This document shows positions 24,001 to 37,461 of a stretch of 49,482 bases of DNA, in pieces. Made by a program: the position numbers and the translations under genes. Origin of the DNA: Macrostomum lignano (Eukaryota); assembly GCA_002269645.1 (NCBI GenBank), contig NIVC01004342.1, forward strand, positions 1-49,482. The letters are read 5' to 3'. The notes under the pieces were generated by a model. It ran no database searches, was not told the origin of the DNA, and was given only the letters and a program-made list of their open reading frames with translations. Numbering within the stretch: the first letter of the stretch is position 1; every line of letters begins with the position of its first letter.

Positions 24001-24718
24001 CCGAGTGCCGCCTGGACAACCTCGAACTCTGGCGTGCCCCGACTGCTGACGGATTTCGAATTGTCCAAAGCGCACCTGCGCCTGATTGAGCGTCGCATTG
24101 AAGCCTTCTGCACGGATACAGCAGGTGTTGTTTATCGTAGACCCGGCGTCGGCGCGGTTGGCGGCGGCATTGGCGGCAACGTCAAAGGTCAAAAGCCGCA
24201 TGTGGAGCCTCTTCTGCGACTGCCCGTAAGAAATGGACAGTGCGTCTGATTGGACTGGGAACTTTTACTTTCGATAGCGGAAAACTCGAATTGAGTTGAG
24301 GGGAAGATACTGAGTATCACGGATTGAGTTGAGGGGAGATACTGAGTATCACGGATTGAGTTGAGGGGAGATACTGAGTATCACAGATTGAGTAGAGGGG
24401 AGATACTGAGTATCACGGTTTGAGTTGAGGGGATAATTTTAAGTTAATTTCTATAAATTTATTGCACCAACTGAATTCCATTCTACCCGCCTGCTTCGAA
24501 TCCGAAAGGACGTGGAGATACAGAAGCCGCGTCTCCGAGGCAGTCGCGTTCTCGTTAAAACCAAGCAGTGCCCCGCCAGCAACGCCAATGGCCAGATGGT
24601 CCTGGGGCACAGTCACGTGACCAACCACCTGGTGCAGAGTCTGCCTGACTGGGACCAGAAGGTGCTGCGTACCCGGCGCGAGCGGCTGAGGCAGCTGGAG
24701 CAGATGAGCTCCGCTTAG
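18056..24718 (+). CDS. Protein with two cyclic-nucleotide-binding domains, CNBD2-like (5 exons, 759 aa)
   Basis: Exons 18056-18185, 19862-20525, 21424-22361, 23888-24225 and 24509-24718. All introns are GT-AG with matching phases (1,2,1,0); total 2280 nt. CNB-A has IIRQGEKGHSFYLVITG and FGEIAL...RKASV; CNB-B has IVQQGQKSGGLFFIVGG. Confidence 0.85.
18248..18697. repeat. Intronic 21-bp tandem repeat grading into a related ~20-bp repeat
   Basis: GAAGTGAATCTCAATGAGACA (18248-18557), then GGAAACTAATCTCACTGAGA-type units (to 18697). Confidence 0.93.
18899..19016 (-). mobile_element. SINE family B, internal fragment
   Basis: Shares CATGCCTA and CCTGTGTGAG(C/T)GTGTGCCTGCGTAC.TATCCG with the full copy at 30565-30927. 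Confidence 0.65.
19038..19271 (-). mobile_element. tRNA-derived CORE-type SINE, family A copy 1
   Basis: Minus strand: A box TAGTGGTCAGAGC, B box GGTTCGATTC, then TGTCCTTGAGCAAGACACTCAAC...CAGCTGTAAAATGGG resembling the CORE domain. Second copy at 46322-46567. Confidence 0.8.
22931..23811. mobile_element. Putative inverted-repeat element whose right arm is expanded into a 30-bp tandem array
   Basis: AGACGTTTGCCCCGCCGACGTTT (22933-22955) is an imperfect inverted copy of AAAGCATCCGCCGGGCAAAACATCT (23785-23809). Confidence 0.45.
23417..23810. repeat. 30-bp tandem repeat (two 15-bp halves), ~13 units
   Basis: Unit GAACACCCAACGGGAAAGCATCCGACGGGC. Confidence 0.96.
24291..24432. repeat. 32-bp tandem repeat in intron 4 of the CNBD gene, ~4.4 units
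   Basis: GATACTGAGT recurs at 24306, 24338, 24370 and 24402. Confidence 0.92.
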
Positions 24719-24856
24719 ACGGCTCGGTGTCCAGAGTTGCTAACTTCAAATATTGAAAATATCGTTTTCGAATTTCTTGTTTGCAATGACACTGCTTCGC
24801 AGACGTTATTAACAGAGTCAGATAACAACTTTCGATGAAATCGCCTGCCTGCCTGC

Positions 24857-25945
<1,089 letters not shown>

Positions 25946-26521
25946 CCACTTTTTAATACACGAATAAGTCTATTTAAATTATAATTGCAATTAGCTATCA
26001 AATGCACTATTTCTGTATTTTTATATCATAATTATGAAATAATTATTTTTCAAGACATTTTTAAACGAAAGTAAAGAATCCATTTCAGTGCAATCCCTGC
26101 CATTATTTCATTCATGGCTTGATGCCAGACAATTTCAACTGCGCACTCCGTAAAGAAAAGACAAAATAATTTCATAACCATCCAAGAATATTTGTTAATC
26201 AGATCAATGGTCAAATTACCATAAGCCTTTGATCATGTTCAAATTTATGCAATATATCGAGATTTTGGAGAGCTATAGAAACCAACAATCTCCTAGCAAC
26301 TCAAACGCACTGTATATCAAAGGCGTTCGTCACAGGCACAAAAAAATCCCTTTGACAAAACTCTATTGTGAATAATCAACTCCTCAAAACTTTAGCGCCT
26401 CGTTCTTATCAAAAAATTTAGTACACTGCTTTTGATTGCCTGCTGTTGCTGTAACTGTGGCTGTATAAAAGTCCCACATATTTCTCTTGATTCTACCTAT
26501 AGTAGAGAAATAGGAATGCTG

Positions 26522-27473
26522 TATTCCCCCTGACGCTGCTCATATTCCCTGAAGTAACCCATATTCCCCTGAAGCTACCCGTAATACCCTGAAGCTACCC
26601 GTAATACCCTGAAGCTACCCTTATTCCCCTGAAGCTACCCATATTTCCCTAAAGCTACCCATATTCCACTGACACTACCCATATTACCCTGAAGCTACCC
26701 ATAGTACCCTGAAACTACCCGTATTACCCTGAAGCTATCCATATTTCCCTGAAGCTACCCGTAATACCCTGAAGCTACCCGTAATACCCTGAAGCTATCC
26801 ATATCACCCTGAAGCTACCCGTAATACCCTGAAGCTACCCGTAATACCCTAAAGCTACCCATAGTACCCTGAAGCTACCCGTAATACCCTAAAGGTACCC
26901 ATAGTACCCTGAAGCTACCCGTAATACCCTAAAGCTACCCATAGTACCCTGAAGCTACCCATATTACTCTGAAGCTACCCTTGTTACCCCAAAGCTACCC
27001 ATATTACCCTGAAGCTACCCATATTACCCCGTAGCTATCCATATTACCCTGAAGCTACCCATATTTCCCTGAAGCTACCCATATTACCCTGAAGCTACCC
27101 ATATTACCCCGTAGCTATCCATATTACCCTGAAGCTATCCATATTACCCTGAAGCTACCCATATTTCCCTGAAGCTACCCATATTACCCTGAAGCTACCC
27201 ATATTACCCCGTAGCTATCCATATTACCCTGAAGCTATCCATATTACCCTGAAGCTACCCATATTTCCCTGAAGCTACCCATATTACCCTGAAGCTACCC
27301 ATATTACCCTGAAGCTACCCATATTACCCTGAAGCTACCCATATTTCCCTGTAGCTACCCATATTACCCTGAAGCTACCCATATTACCCTGAAGCTACCC
27401 ATATTACCCTGAAGCTACCCATATTACCCTGAAGCTACCCATATTACCCTGAAGCTACCCATATTACCCTGAA
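26522..27473. repeat. 20-bp tandem repeat, ~47 units
   Basis: Consensus ATATTACCCTGAAGCTACCC; units are more degenerate at the left end. Confidence 0.97.
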
Positions 27474-28530
27474 CAATTTCGCATCGAGGTATTAGAACTT
27501 TAAGCTTAGATAAGTTTCTGCTAAGTTGATATCCGATCCCAGACCAGAGGATTCAGAGCATGCATGGCCTGAGCTTGCAATCGTACAGTTAAAAACAGGT
27601 AACTAAGGCTTCTCTCGCCCTTCAAGTTGAGCAGGGGGGTGGCTGACTGGCCATAGCAACGGACGTGCCCGACAGGCTTTGACTCAACAAAGCAACAAAC
27701 AATGCCCGTTGCCGAGTCCTCAGCAGCCCGGCCAGCCACCCCATCGCTCTCCTCCTCCAAGTGTTGCCAAAATGAGCCGAATAAGCAGTTTGAGTCCCTT
27801 TAAGTACCACCCCCTGCTCTGCGCTGACACTGGCAGTCGCTCCGCATTCTCGTATTTTCTAATCAAATATTCAGCCTGCTGGAAGTTCTAATAATTGAAT
27901 GTCTGAGTTGCAGCGTCCGGCAGCGGACAAACCCTTCCTACTCACCTTACGCTGTGTTTTTTAATTTGCAGCCATGCTGCTCTCCAGCTTCCCGTGCCGC
28001 TTCATGACGAAGGAGGAAGAGATAGGGCAGAAAATTTTGGAAGGAAATAGAGGAGGTCCTGCAGGCTGACGGAGGCAGAAGAACAATGAACAGGTTGCTT
28101 AGTGAGAGGGGTGGCTGTCCGGTCTCCCGCGGCCTTCAAAACTCCATCGCCCCCCCCTTTTGCGACGTGCAGCAACCGCAGAGTTGGCTGGCCTGCAGCA
28201 GCTCCGCCTGTCGCTCCCATAGAGTCCTGGGAGCTCCCTCCTCAAAGACAAGGGGACGCTGGGACGATGGGGGAGAGTTTTTCCCCTTTAACCCCCTCCC
28301 GCCATGCCCGTCTCTCTGCTGCATGGGGAAGGAAAGCAATTTGCCTGAGCAGAGTGGAATTCTCGGCTTGGGGAACGGTGGCTTGCTGGTGGGGACGCGG
28401 GGTTGGCCTATTTCAAGTCGGTGTAGGCAGCCGCTCCCCAGTTAAGTCACGGAGATGTGAGCAGAAACCCGTAGTGATTCGATAGCCCCTCTCGCTCACG
28501 CTTGTTTCTCAATTCGGCAATCGAGAAGGC

Positions 28531-29145
28531 ATGGCGGACAAGAAAACTGACGCTGCAAAGAAGACCAAAGAAGAGGACAGCAAGAAAATAGAGCCGCCGC
28601 CGCCAGTGCAAAAAGAGGAAGATGAAGAAGACGACGAGGACGAAGAGGACGAAGAAGAAGAAGAAGAGCAGAAAACGGACGCTAAGAAGCCCGCTGCTGA
28701 CCAGGATGCTGATGAGGACGATGAGGATGAGGAAGACGACGAAGATGAAGAAGAGAAACCGGCCGCTGCCACCGCCGCTAAAAAGGAGGAAGACGAAGAT
28801 GAAGAAGAAGATGAAGAAGATGAGGAGGATGAAGCTGAGCCAGCCAAGCCAGCGGCAGCGGCAGCTGATGACGAGGATGAGGATGAGGATGAGGATGAAG
28901 ATGATGAAGAGGAAGAAGAGAAAGCTGAGCCGGCCAAGCCAGCGGCAGCTGAGGATGATGATGAAGATGAGGATGAAGAAGATGAAGACGAAGACGAAGA
29001 AGAGCCGGCTAAGCCAGCAGCAGCAGCGGCTGAGGATGAGGACGAGGATGAAGACGAAGACGAAGACGAAGAAGAAGAAGAACAAGCGTCCGGGGTGCCA
29101 GCAAAAGTCGACGAGGAAGATGAAGACGAAGAAGAAGACGAGGAT

Positions 29146-29178
<33 letters not shown>

Positions 29179-29469
29179 AAGAAAGCGGAAGAGGATGGAG
29201 ACGAAGATGAGGACGAAGAAGAAGAGGAAGACGATGGCATGGACACACTGGACAAAATGGCGGCGGACATGAAGAAGTGGCTAGCGGAGTCCGGAGTGGA
29301 GCTGGACGCAGAGGAAACGGAGGGCATGTTGGCCGGATCCATGGACGTTGAAAAGTTCATGGAAGGCATGTCGGACGAAGACAAAGCGTTCGTAAACCAG
29401 GAGATCGAGGATATGAAGTCGATGTCGTTGCAGCAGATCATGGACCGGCTTGTGTCTGGGGCGGCGTGA
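28531..29469 (+). CDS. Hyper-acidic (Asp/Glu-rich) protein of unknown function, 312 aa, single exon
   Basis: ATG-to-TGA ORF with eight D/E blocks separated by K/P/A linkers and a non-repetitive Met-rich C-terminal ~76 aa. Mixed GAA/GAG/GAT/GAC usage is unlike a pure microsatellite. No signal peptide. Confidence 0.8.
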
Positions 29470-30564
29470 ACGCGGCTACTGAGGTCTGAACGATGTTGGT
29501 CTTTCAGCCCGACTGGAGTGTAGCTATACATGTGTTTTTATAGGGAATGCAAAGCTAATTTTAGGTAGATGAAATGTAGGTTTAGTTGGGAAACGAATTG
29601 TCGTTTATTAGATGGGTGTCAAGTTTTGATTAAATTTGATTTTGTTAAAAGGTCTGTTTGTCAGATTTGTATTTTAGCGACGCGTTTCAACTAATACTTT
29701 TACGAGGAATATTTTCTTTTAATACGAAGTTATGTAGAAGATTTAACCTGCTTTTGTTGGGGGGAAGGTATTTGCATAATAGTTCGTATAAGATATATAG
29801 ACAAACGATTTCCCGGCATTAACTCGCTGTTATATTGAATATAACCGAATAAAATCCCTGAATGGAACTAATACCCTGGAAATCACAACACAGTACTCGT
29901 AAGATCCCAAGGTTTGGCTCAGACAGAATTTAGTAGTTAAGTCCAAAATAAATAAGCAGAACTGTCTCGCACTCTATTTTCTTGATCCCGTATTTTCTAG
30001 ATGAAGAAAACAATGTACTGTTGAATCGAAACTTCGATGTCGAAATTTTCTCATGTCGGTATAGCGTATCTTTATGCCTTATAAGCTCCTCTGAACCTGA
30101 CACTGCTGAAGGACTCAAGTGCGTGTTGAAAACATCTTTTTTTGTTTGTATCTGTGCATGTACTACGTGCACTAAATTATTCGCACGCGCACGCATTTTA
30201 ACAATAGATGTGAGTGTAAAATTCAGATTCATTATTTAATATAGCAAAATTTGTATGAATTTCTGATCAATGAAACAATTGTTGACGATGTTTTTTATGC
30301 CTTTAGTTTTTTTTATTAAACCGATTATTATACGAGCGTACACACGTGCAAAGGTATGCTTGCACTTGTACACTAGTATCTCGGAAAATCGTATTTGCCG
30401 TTGAGAAAAGTGCATGCATGGGCAAGGAATTTTCGGTGTTTCATTAAAAGTGCAATTAGCAATTTTTAGAGCGGCCCTTGTCAGACAGATTAGACTAGAC
30501 TAGACTGTCTAGAGTCCCATGACCATTTGCAATTATATATAATTCTTACATGTTTAAAAACAGA

Positions 30565-30927
30565 TTTTTTTATTTTATTAGAGGCAGGGGGTTGTGTGCA
30601 CCCTGGCGCACTTTAAGCGACATTGGCACGCAACCGGCGAGAGGCATTACTGCCCATTCCGCCGACTCCCCTGAGCAGGCATACAAGCGCGCGGATACGT
30701 ACGCAGGCACACACTCACACAGGAGTGTACAGCGGCGCTAACTTTATATTATTGTTAGGCATGTACACTTCACTGCGCCTTGGGGGTTGGCCCTCAAGGC
30801 CGTTAATTGCACGAGCAGAGCCAAGCCGAGATTCCAATTCAGCCCCAAATTAATGTGACTGCACTTGGAATCGAGACTGGGTCGCTGGCACACCAGAGCA
30901 GCTGCGCTACCGCTGGGCTACGGCCCC
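30565..30927 (-). mobile_element. tRNA-derived SINE family B, apparently full length
   Basis: Minus strand head GGGGCCGTAGCCCAGCGGTAGCGC (A box) ... GTCTCGATTCC (B-box-like). Body shared with 18899-19016 and 46884-47056. A-rich tail at 30565-30580. Confidence 0.7.
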
Positions 30928-32078
30928 AACAGGATTTTGATTGTTTTAATTCTTATAATACTATACCTTCTAATTGCGCTCTATTTGGTGAAATCCGTGT
31001 TGAATTTGGTGCGAATTCGCCAGCAGGCTGACGTGTCAGCCAGTTAGAGTTTGGCGATAGACTTAGCAGAAAGCAGAAAGCATGCAATTTGGAAATAGCT
31101 GCGTTCAGTTTGGTCTGCCCAAGAACAGCTCGTACATGTACAAGAGAAATTGAGACATGGCACTTATCGTGATGAGAGAGGTCAGAGCAGCATCACGGCA
31201 GCGAAGTATCTGCAGTGGGTGATCCACACACAGATGTACGTTCAGCGCTGCCTAAATCTGGACGAAATTCACTTTTAATACATGTACATGCAGGTGTAAC
31301 AAATCATATTAACATTGATACTGACACCGATTTACTGTGCTTCGACTGTTTTGTTTAATGTGGTTTTCATGTTTGAGAGCGTTTATGACAGTGCATTGCT
31401 CGTGGTGAAAGTATATGGAAAGCTTTGATTTTCCGTCTTTTGAGTTTAGCCCATGCAAATAGAACGCGCAGTTTATACCAAATTGGTTGCTGGTTTTCTG
31501 CATATGTCTATGGCAAATCAATTTCTTGATGGCTTCGGACTTTTCAAGCCTGTAGCTTCGGACCTCAGAACTCAGAAATGAATCTCTAAGAGCTCTGGCC
31601 TCTCGCTCCTGTCAGATGGTCAGTCCCGAGGTGGCTAGATTTTGGGCGAGCAGCAAGGTCCTATAGCTAAGAGAAGACAGCGAGAGACAAGCTGGGAGAA
31701 TTTGAAAGGTAGAAGAAATTAGCTAACCGGCAGGCTAACTTAACCCGCTGCCACCAGTCCGTGCGCCCCGGCTCACCAAACCGGAGCTTTCGAAATCGGA
31801 CTTTCGACTAGAAGGGCACTGCACTTACCTGCCATCTATAGTGAGTGTCTTTTAGCTGTCTATCTCGAAGTCATAGCCGAATAGAAGGGACACTGCTGGG
31901 ACTAAAGTTCGCATTGGCCATGCAGGGACTGAGAGAGGACTTCTGCAGGGGGTTCTTGTGGTGGCGAGCTTTCAAGCACCGCCCAATGTACTACCTCATT
32001 ACCAAATTCCCAGAAGTACATGTACAAGTACACGTAACTGCACGCTTTTGGCACTAAATGTGTTAACACGTCGACAGA

Positions 32079-33530
32079 TAGCGATAATGTAGGTGTATTG
32101 TCACCTTTGGAGATCTTTAGACTAACATTTAACTCGTTTTAGCCGCTTAGCTGCCTGAGACTGCACGAAGGCACCAGTCTGGCCCTTATAGTTTGCATGT
32201 TTATCATGATTGCTTAGATCGACTGGTTGACTGGGACCTGTGTCGCTTCCGGTCCACTGTGACCTCTGCCCCTAGATCTAGTCGCTCATCTCAGTTGGCA
32301 TTGCGAAAAAGAAAGAAAACGTTAAGTATTTAACTTGTTGTTAAACGGGGATGGGAAGCTGGGCTTACCCGCGGATCAGCCCTAAAGGGGGCTCTGCCGC
32401 TGCGGGGCACTTTCCAAGGGCACGGGGAATTCCGTGAACCCGAGATACCCTCCTCGGAAGTCCGAGGACCAATTTAGTTGGGCCCTGACTAAGGCCAGGG
32501 GAGGCGAGGGACTTCAAACCTATGGTACAAGGCACCGCCAACCCAAAAAGTGGAATCAGGGACGGTGCTAGGACCGAGTCCACCCAGGCTACCCCCAGCA
32601 GACAAGTCCTCGGGAGTGCGCTTCAGAAATAGAATTAAAAATCGAAAAGTTTTGGATATGCTACTTAAAGCGGTCCGAGAGCGGGGATACCCCGAAGTCA
32701 ACGGAAATGGCTTATCAATTGGAGTGAGTCTGGAAGGCTTGTTTCCGAGTGGGAGACTCCAGGCGGGAAGACCGACCGCCTCTATTGCTACCAACCCAAG
32801 GGTATCGCAAAGGGATAAAACCGCGCTGGGATGCCAGCCCAGAAAAAAAGAAAGGCAGAAGGGAGGAGCACCTGAACCCTACAAGCAGGCGGGAGAGAGA
32901 CCTGCAACCCGGGGCTCAGCCTCAGGGCTGGCATCAACTGGGCTCTACCGTACACTTTTGTGAATGGTCGTCTGTCTTTGCTGCAGGGCGGGTGCGACCG
33001 GGGGGCTCAAGTCCCGTTCTAGCCACACTGCAGTCCAGATCTCCAACTCAATCCAGGTACACCACCCCTAACCCAGGGCCGATGGCCAAATAATTGGAAT
33101 GTACGAAAAAAAAGAATTGGGTTATTTTTAGAACAGGCACAGCCCCTCCGGGGCGAACCCTTAGTTAATTGGGCTAGCCGAAGCCAGGCCAATCGGATTG
33201 CGCACAACCCTTAGACAAGCTACCAGAGAGGCAGCCAGGGTAAAAACAGTCGGAGACCGTCTTTATTATTAATAAATTATTAAGTATTTAACTTACAGGT
33301 TAAACTTTCTAACTTAATTCACAATTCTAAACGCCTTAGATTGAGTCGGTGCGAATTGCTACTTTTAGTATTATACGGAACTTCTGCCTTGAGTTTGGCA
33401 CACAAAAACAAGTAAGCAAAAGTGCAAATCCTATCAGACTACCTAGGAAGGGGTCAGACAAGGGGCGCACCCAGTTAAGCAGGTCAAGAAAGTCTCTCAC
33501 CCTACCAATCAGAGGACCTAACCGCCGGTA
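32079..33530 (+). mobile_element. Possible LTR-retroelement 5' fragment (LTR-like segment, PBS-like TGG, GC-rich leader)
   Basis: A TG...CA segment ends at 32293, followed after 2 nt by TGGCATTGCGAA (32296), then a GC-rich block. No second LTR and no recognisable gag or pol motifs. Confidence 0.25.
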
Positions 33531-33654
33531 GCCAAGGATTAAACAGAGACCGAAACGCTCGGGCGGGATGCTGCTGCTGATTTTAGTTGATGAGCGCCGC
33601 AGTTGTTCTCCACTGGCCGGTTGCTGTCGCTACTACTACTACTGCTGTCGTTAG

Positions 33655-33926
<272 letters not shown>

Positions 33927-36900
33927 AGTTTGGCTCAGGCAAATAGCTTGCTGTTTGGCCAGTATAAGCCAATGTTTAATAATAATTAAAAAATGAAGGG
34001 ACTTTTTTGATGTGTAAGTATATGCATGTGTTACGATCGTTTTGTAAAAAATGTAAAAAAAATTTTTGAAAGAGTGCCAAACTTTTTTCTACGAATTATT
34101 CGAACTGTATATCCTTTTAATAAGTTTCGAAATCCGAACTATCTTTGTGTATTTGTATCTTTGATTAGTTCGAGCGACCAGAGATCCCAACTTATGACTC
34201 GAAAAATATCAAAATCGTCATGCAATTGAAGTTATAACAGCCGCAGACTAATAATTAATGCGGCGATCGTATATTGATCCATAGTAGTTCAGACCGATAA
34301 GATGTGCTTGACACGAGGAGAATCGTATATTAAGCGTATATTAGTAGTGATAGCAACTCAACGCAGCAGTTATAGCTCTTAGAATTCCTGGTTTTTGCTA
34401 CCGTACGTTTTGCATGGTGTTTCTAATAGACTCCGGGGTGTGCGGGAGAAGTGTCTATATTCATTGAACACCGTCATATCTGGAGAGAGCGTAGTATTAC
34501 ATTTATATTTATGTACATGCACAATCAATTTTTAAGAATGCATATATCCGCGGCTGATACTTTAATCAATTTAGTCAATCTATTTTTTCTAGGATCCACG
34601 CCTAAGAGAAAACAATATGCAATAAAAATGAAATGAAGTTCTCTTTGTTGCGCTTTTTTTATGGTCTGAAATGGTAAACTTACACATGCTGTTAAAATTA
34701 AGCTAAAATTCAAATTCAGACCGGACGCCAGAATCGTAATCTAAATATACTAAATCTTCCATATACTAAAAATGATGTTTGTTTGTACCAAATCGATTAT
34801 TTGCTTACTCTAGTTTTGCTGTAGCTCCGCTGTATATGCAACAAACAAGCCTTATATATTATAGATGCATTGAAGCTTTTTTAGGGTTTTTTAGTAAGGA
34901 ATAGATATTTTGTAAAGGACAATAAGATATTATACTGCCTTCGCTATTTAATTTTTATTTTGTCCCCTTATTCACTCAATATCATTAGGGCCTGGCCTAC
35001 CCATCCCAGTTAGTCTATAGGGCGATCTTCCAGTTTGTTTCACGATATTATTCGCTTGTTTATTTTAGTTTGAAATTGTGCGTCAATGTAGTGAAACATC
35101 TGAAGACGATACCTACGGCCAAAAGGGATGTGAAATAGAAGCAGACGAGTAACAGTAACAGATGGGGGGGGGCGGAAAACAGAGGAACTGTTTACAGAGG
35201 ATAATAATGCAACACCCAATACAGCACAGCGCCAAATGCTGTGCCAGGGTATATGCGGCGCCACAGAAATTCCTCAGACAGCCAGTGAAATCAGAATGTC
35301 TTTAACAGTGCTATTTTGCATCCCTTTTGGCCATAGAGATTATTTTCTGACGTGTCATTACGTTGCAGCACCAATTCAAACTTGAGAATAGACTCATAGA
35401 CAGAGTACTCTACTGAGTCTACTCTAGGCTTGCATGCAATGTGGTACCACTGGTATGGAGCTATTTCTACTGACACTTAGGGCCTAGTATCAGTATGTAT
35501 AACAAATTGCATGTTGCTACATAGCATACAAGATTGTGCAGCTCATAAAACATAACCAAATTGAAAATTCACTAAACCAAATGAACACTTTTGTTAATGA
35601 AAACAAGTTTCTGTTTTTTTAATAAAAGTAATATTTTTTATGTTTGAGCAAATTTATATCAATGTTTATAATGTAATAAACAAACAAATACTAGACCTAA
35701 CAAGTATTTTTTTAATATATTAATCTTTTGACAAAGTTTTTTAAGTTTGTCAATCTTAACAAAACCATAGTTTGGATTGTGTATTAGTGTACACCAGGTC
35801 TAATAGGGGAAATATGGGACTATATTTGTATGGTGAGACTAAAAAATATTTTTTATTATGTATACTATGTTATACCCTTTTTCATTTTTTAATTCATTAT
35901 TCATGCAAATAACAAACTTAAAAATTATATACTTTTGAAACATGCACTAAGAAAAAATAATAAAAAAATACTTGAAATACTTTTAATTTTCTAAAAATAA
36001 GAAAAACATTTTTAGGGCATACAGTTTAAAATTGTTTTATTATTATTCATAATTGTTCCATGTTGATGACATTGTATATAGCATATTTTATATAAAGTTG
36101 CTTCATATATACATTAAGTGATCCTAATATATGCAGTTATGTCATAGTCATAGAAATATATAAGCTGATAATTTTCCACTGTCATGTATGCTAGGATGTA
36201 TACTAATGTATACTGAATAATGGCAAGCACTCTTGTATGCCAAGAAATCCTAGTATACATGTTGCCTTCTAAACTATGATAATAAAATAACTACAAACTG
36301 ATATTATAAAATGCTTCTTGTTTCAAATGATTATATTTTTACCTAATCTTTAATTTTTTTCACCAAAAGAATAGTGTGTCTATTGCAAAAGCAATTTGTT
36401 ACCAAAACAACTGGCATGCAACTGCAAAAAGGTCCTTTATTATTGCAATGCCTCTAGGCCATACATATAAAGTTGACTACTGCCTACACACCATGGACAA
36501 CTTCTGTAGCAGTTAAAAGGTGTTCTGCATGGCTGGCATATCCACGAGACAATGGTATCTAGAATACCTAGAAGATAAAATAGATTTTATTTTAAATAAT
36601 TCTAATAATTTCAATATTCCTAAACAATTAAGGCAGAGAAGAATATCTGCTTAGTATTTTTATAAAGAGGCTTATAGAAAGGAACCAATCAGATACAATG
36701 TTTATTTTCCTTGCTAGTAGCTCATGTATTTAGGTTTATCATTTATAGTTTTTTGCATCAATCTAAATCTCCTAAAGTATACAAAAACATGTCTGAATTA
36801 TTTTTGTCTTTTATTTCTAAAAAGCTTTCTTTCTAAATGCATTTTTGTAGGAAATTAATTAATATATATATAATGTTATTCTAATTTGTTACTAAAGTGG

Positions 36901-37461
36901 CTGTTACCAAAAATGGTTATCATTTTTTACCAAAGGGACTATTATTAAATTGGACTGTTTTTTCATTTTCTAATTTTTTTTCCTTTAAAAAAAAGTCTCC
37001 TAAGTTTTGCTATCTTGCTGTGGCTACATCTATCAAAAATAATCTTGTTTTTTAATTATTGTTGTTTTTATGCTTTTGAACTTTGATTAGACATTTAATA
37101 ATAATATATTAGAGCATTTCAAGAAGATAAGTTTTGCAATAAGGCTTAAATTGTCAAAATGTTTAGATATTGCTTTGCATTCTTAGTAAATTGTAGTAAT
37201 ATCTTCTTAGTAAAACAAAATTCTATAGTTTTGAGACTGCCTAGATAGAAATTTATTGCTTAAGACACTATTATGTAGAAGTTGTATGAAATGAATGAGC
37301 TTCATTATATGAATTATATGAATTAGACTACAAGAAAATGTAGATATGGCTACAGATATAGATATGGGAAAATTTTGCTATTAATTTCAAGTTAATTATG
37401 CATGTATTAATCTTTCATATTCGATGCCATAAAATTTTGTCATACATTTCACTGGCTGCAG

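Noticed and set aside
28447-29531. Antisense poly-Ser and Phe/Ile-rich ORFs and the alternative-frame Lys/Met/Arg ORF over the acidic gene
   Set aside because: By-products of GAR/GAY codon runs; only the 28531 frame has a coherent non-repetitive C-terminal domain.
30856-30927. Functional tRNA gene
   Set aside because: The acceptor stem does not pair and the B box is imperfect; it continues into a repeated body, so it is treated as a SINE head.
31821-31835. ACTTACCTG resembling the U1 snRNA 5' end
   Set aside because: No further U1 similarity; it is simply the reverse complement of a splice-donor consensus.
35069-35386. Possible upstream exon of the 37-39 kb gene (..KHLKTIPTAKRDVK / NRSRRVTVTDGGGRKTEELF..)
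   Set aside because: Needs an assumed indel, has no ATG and no phase-compatible donor; unresolved without RNA data.
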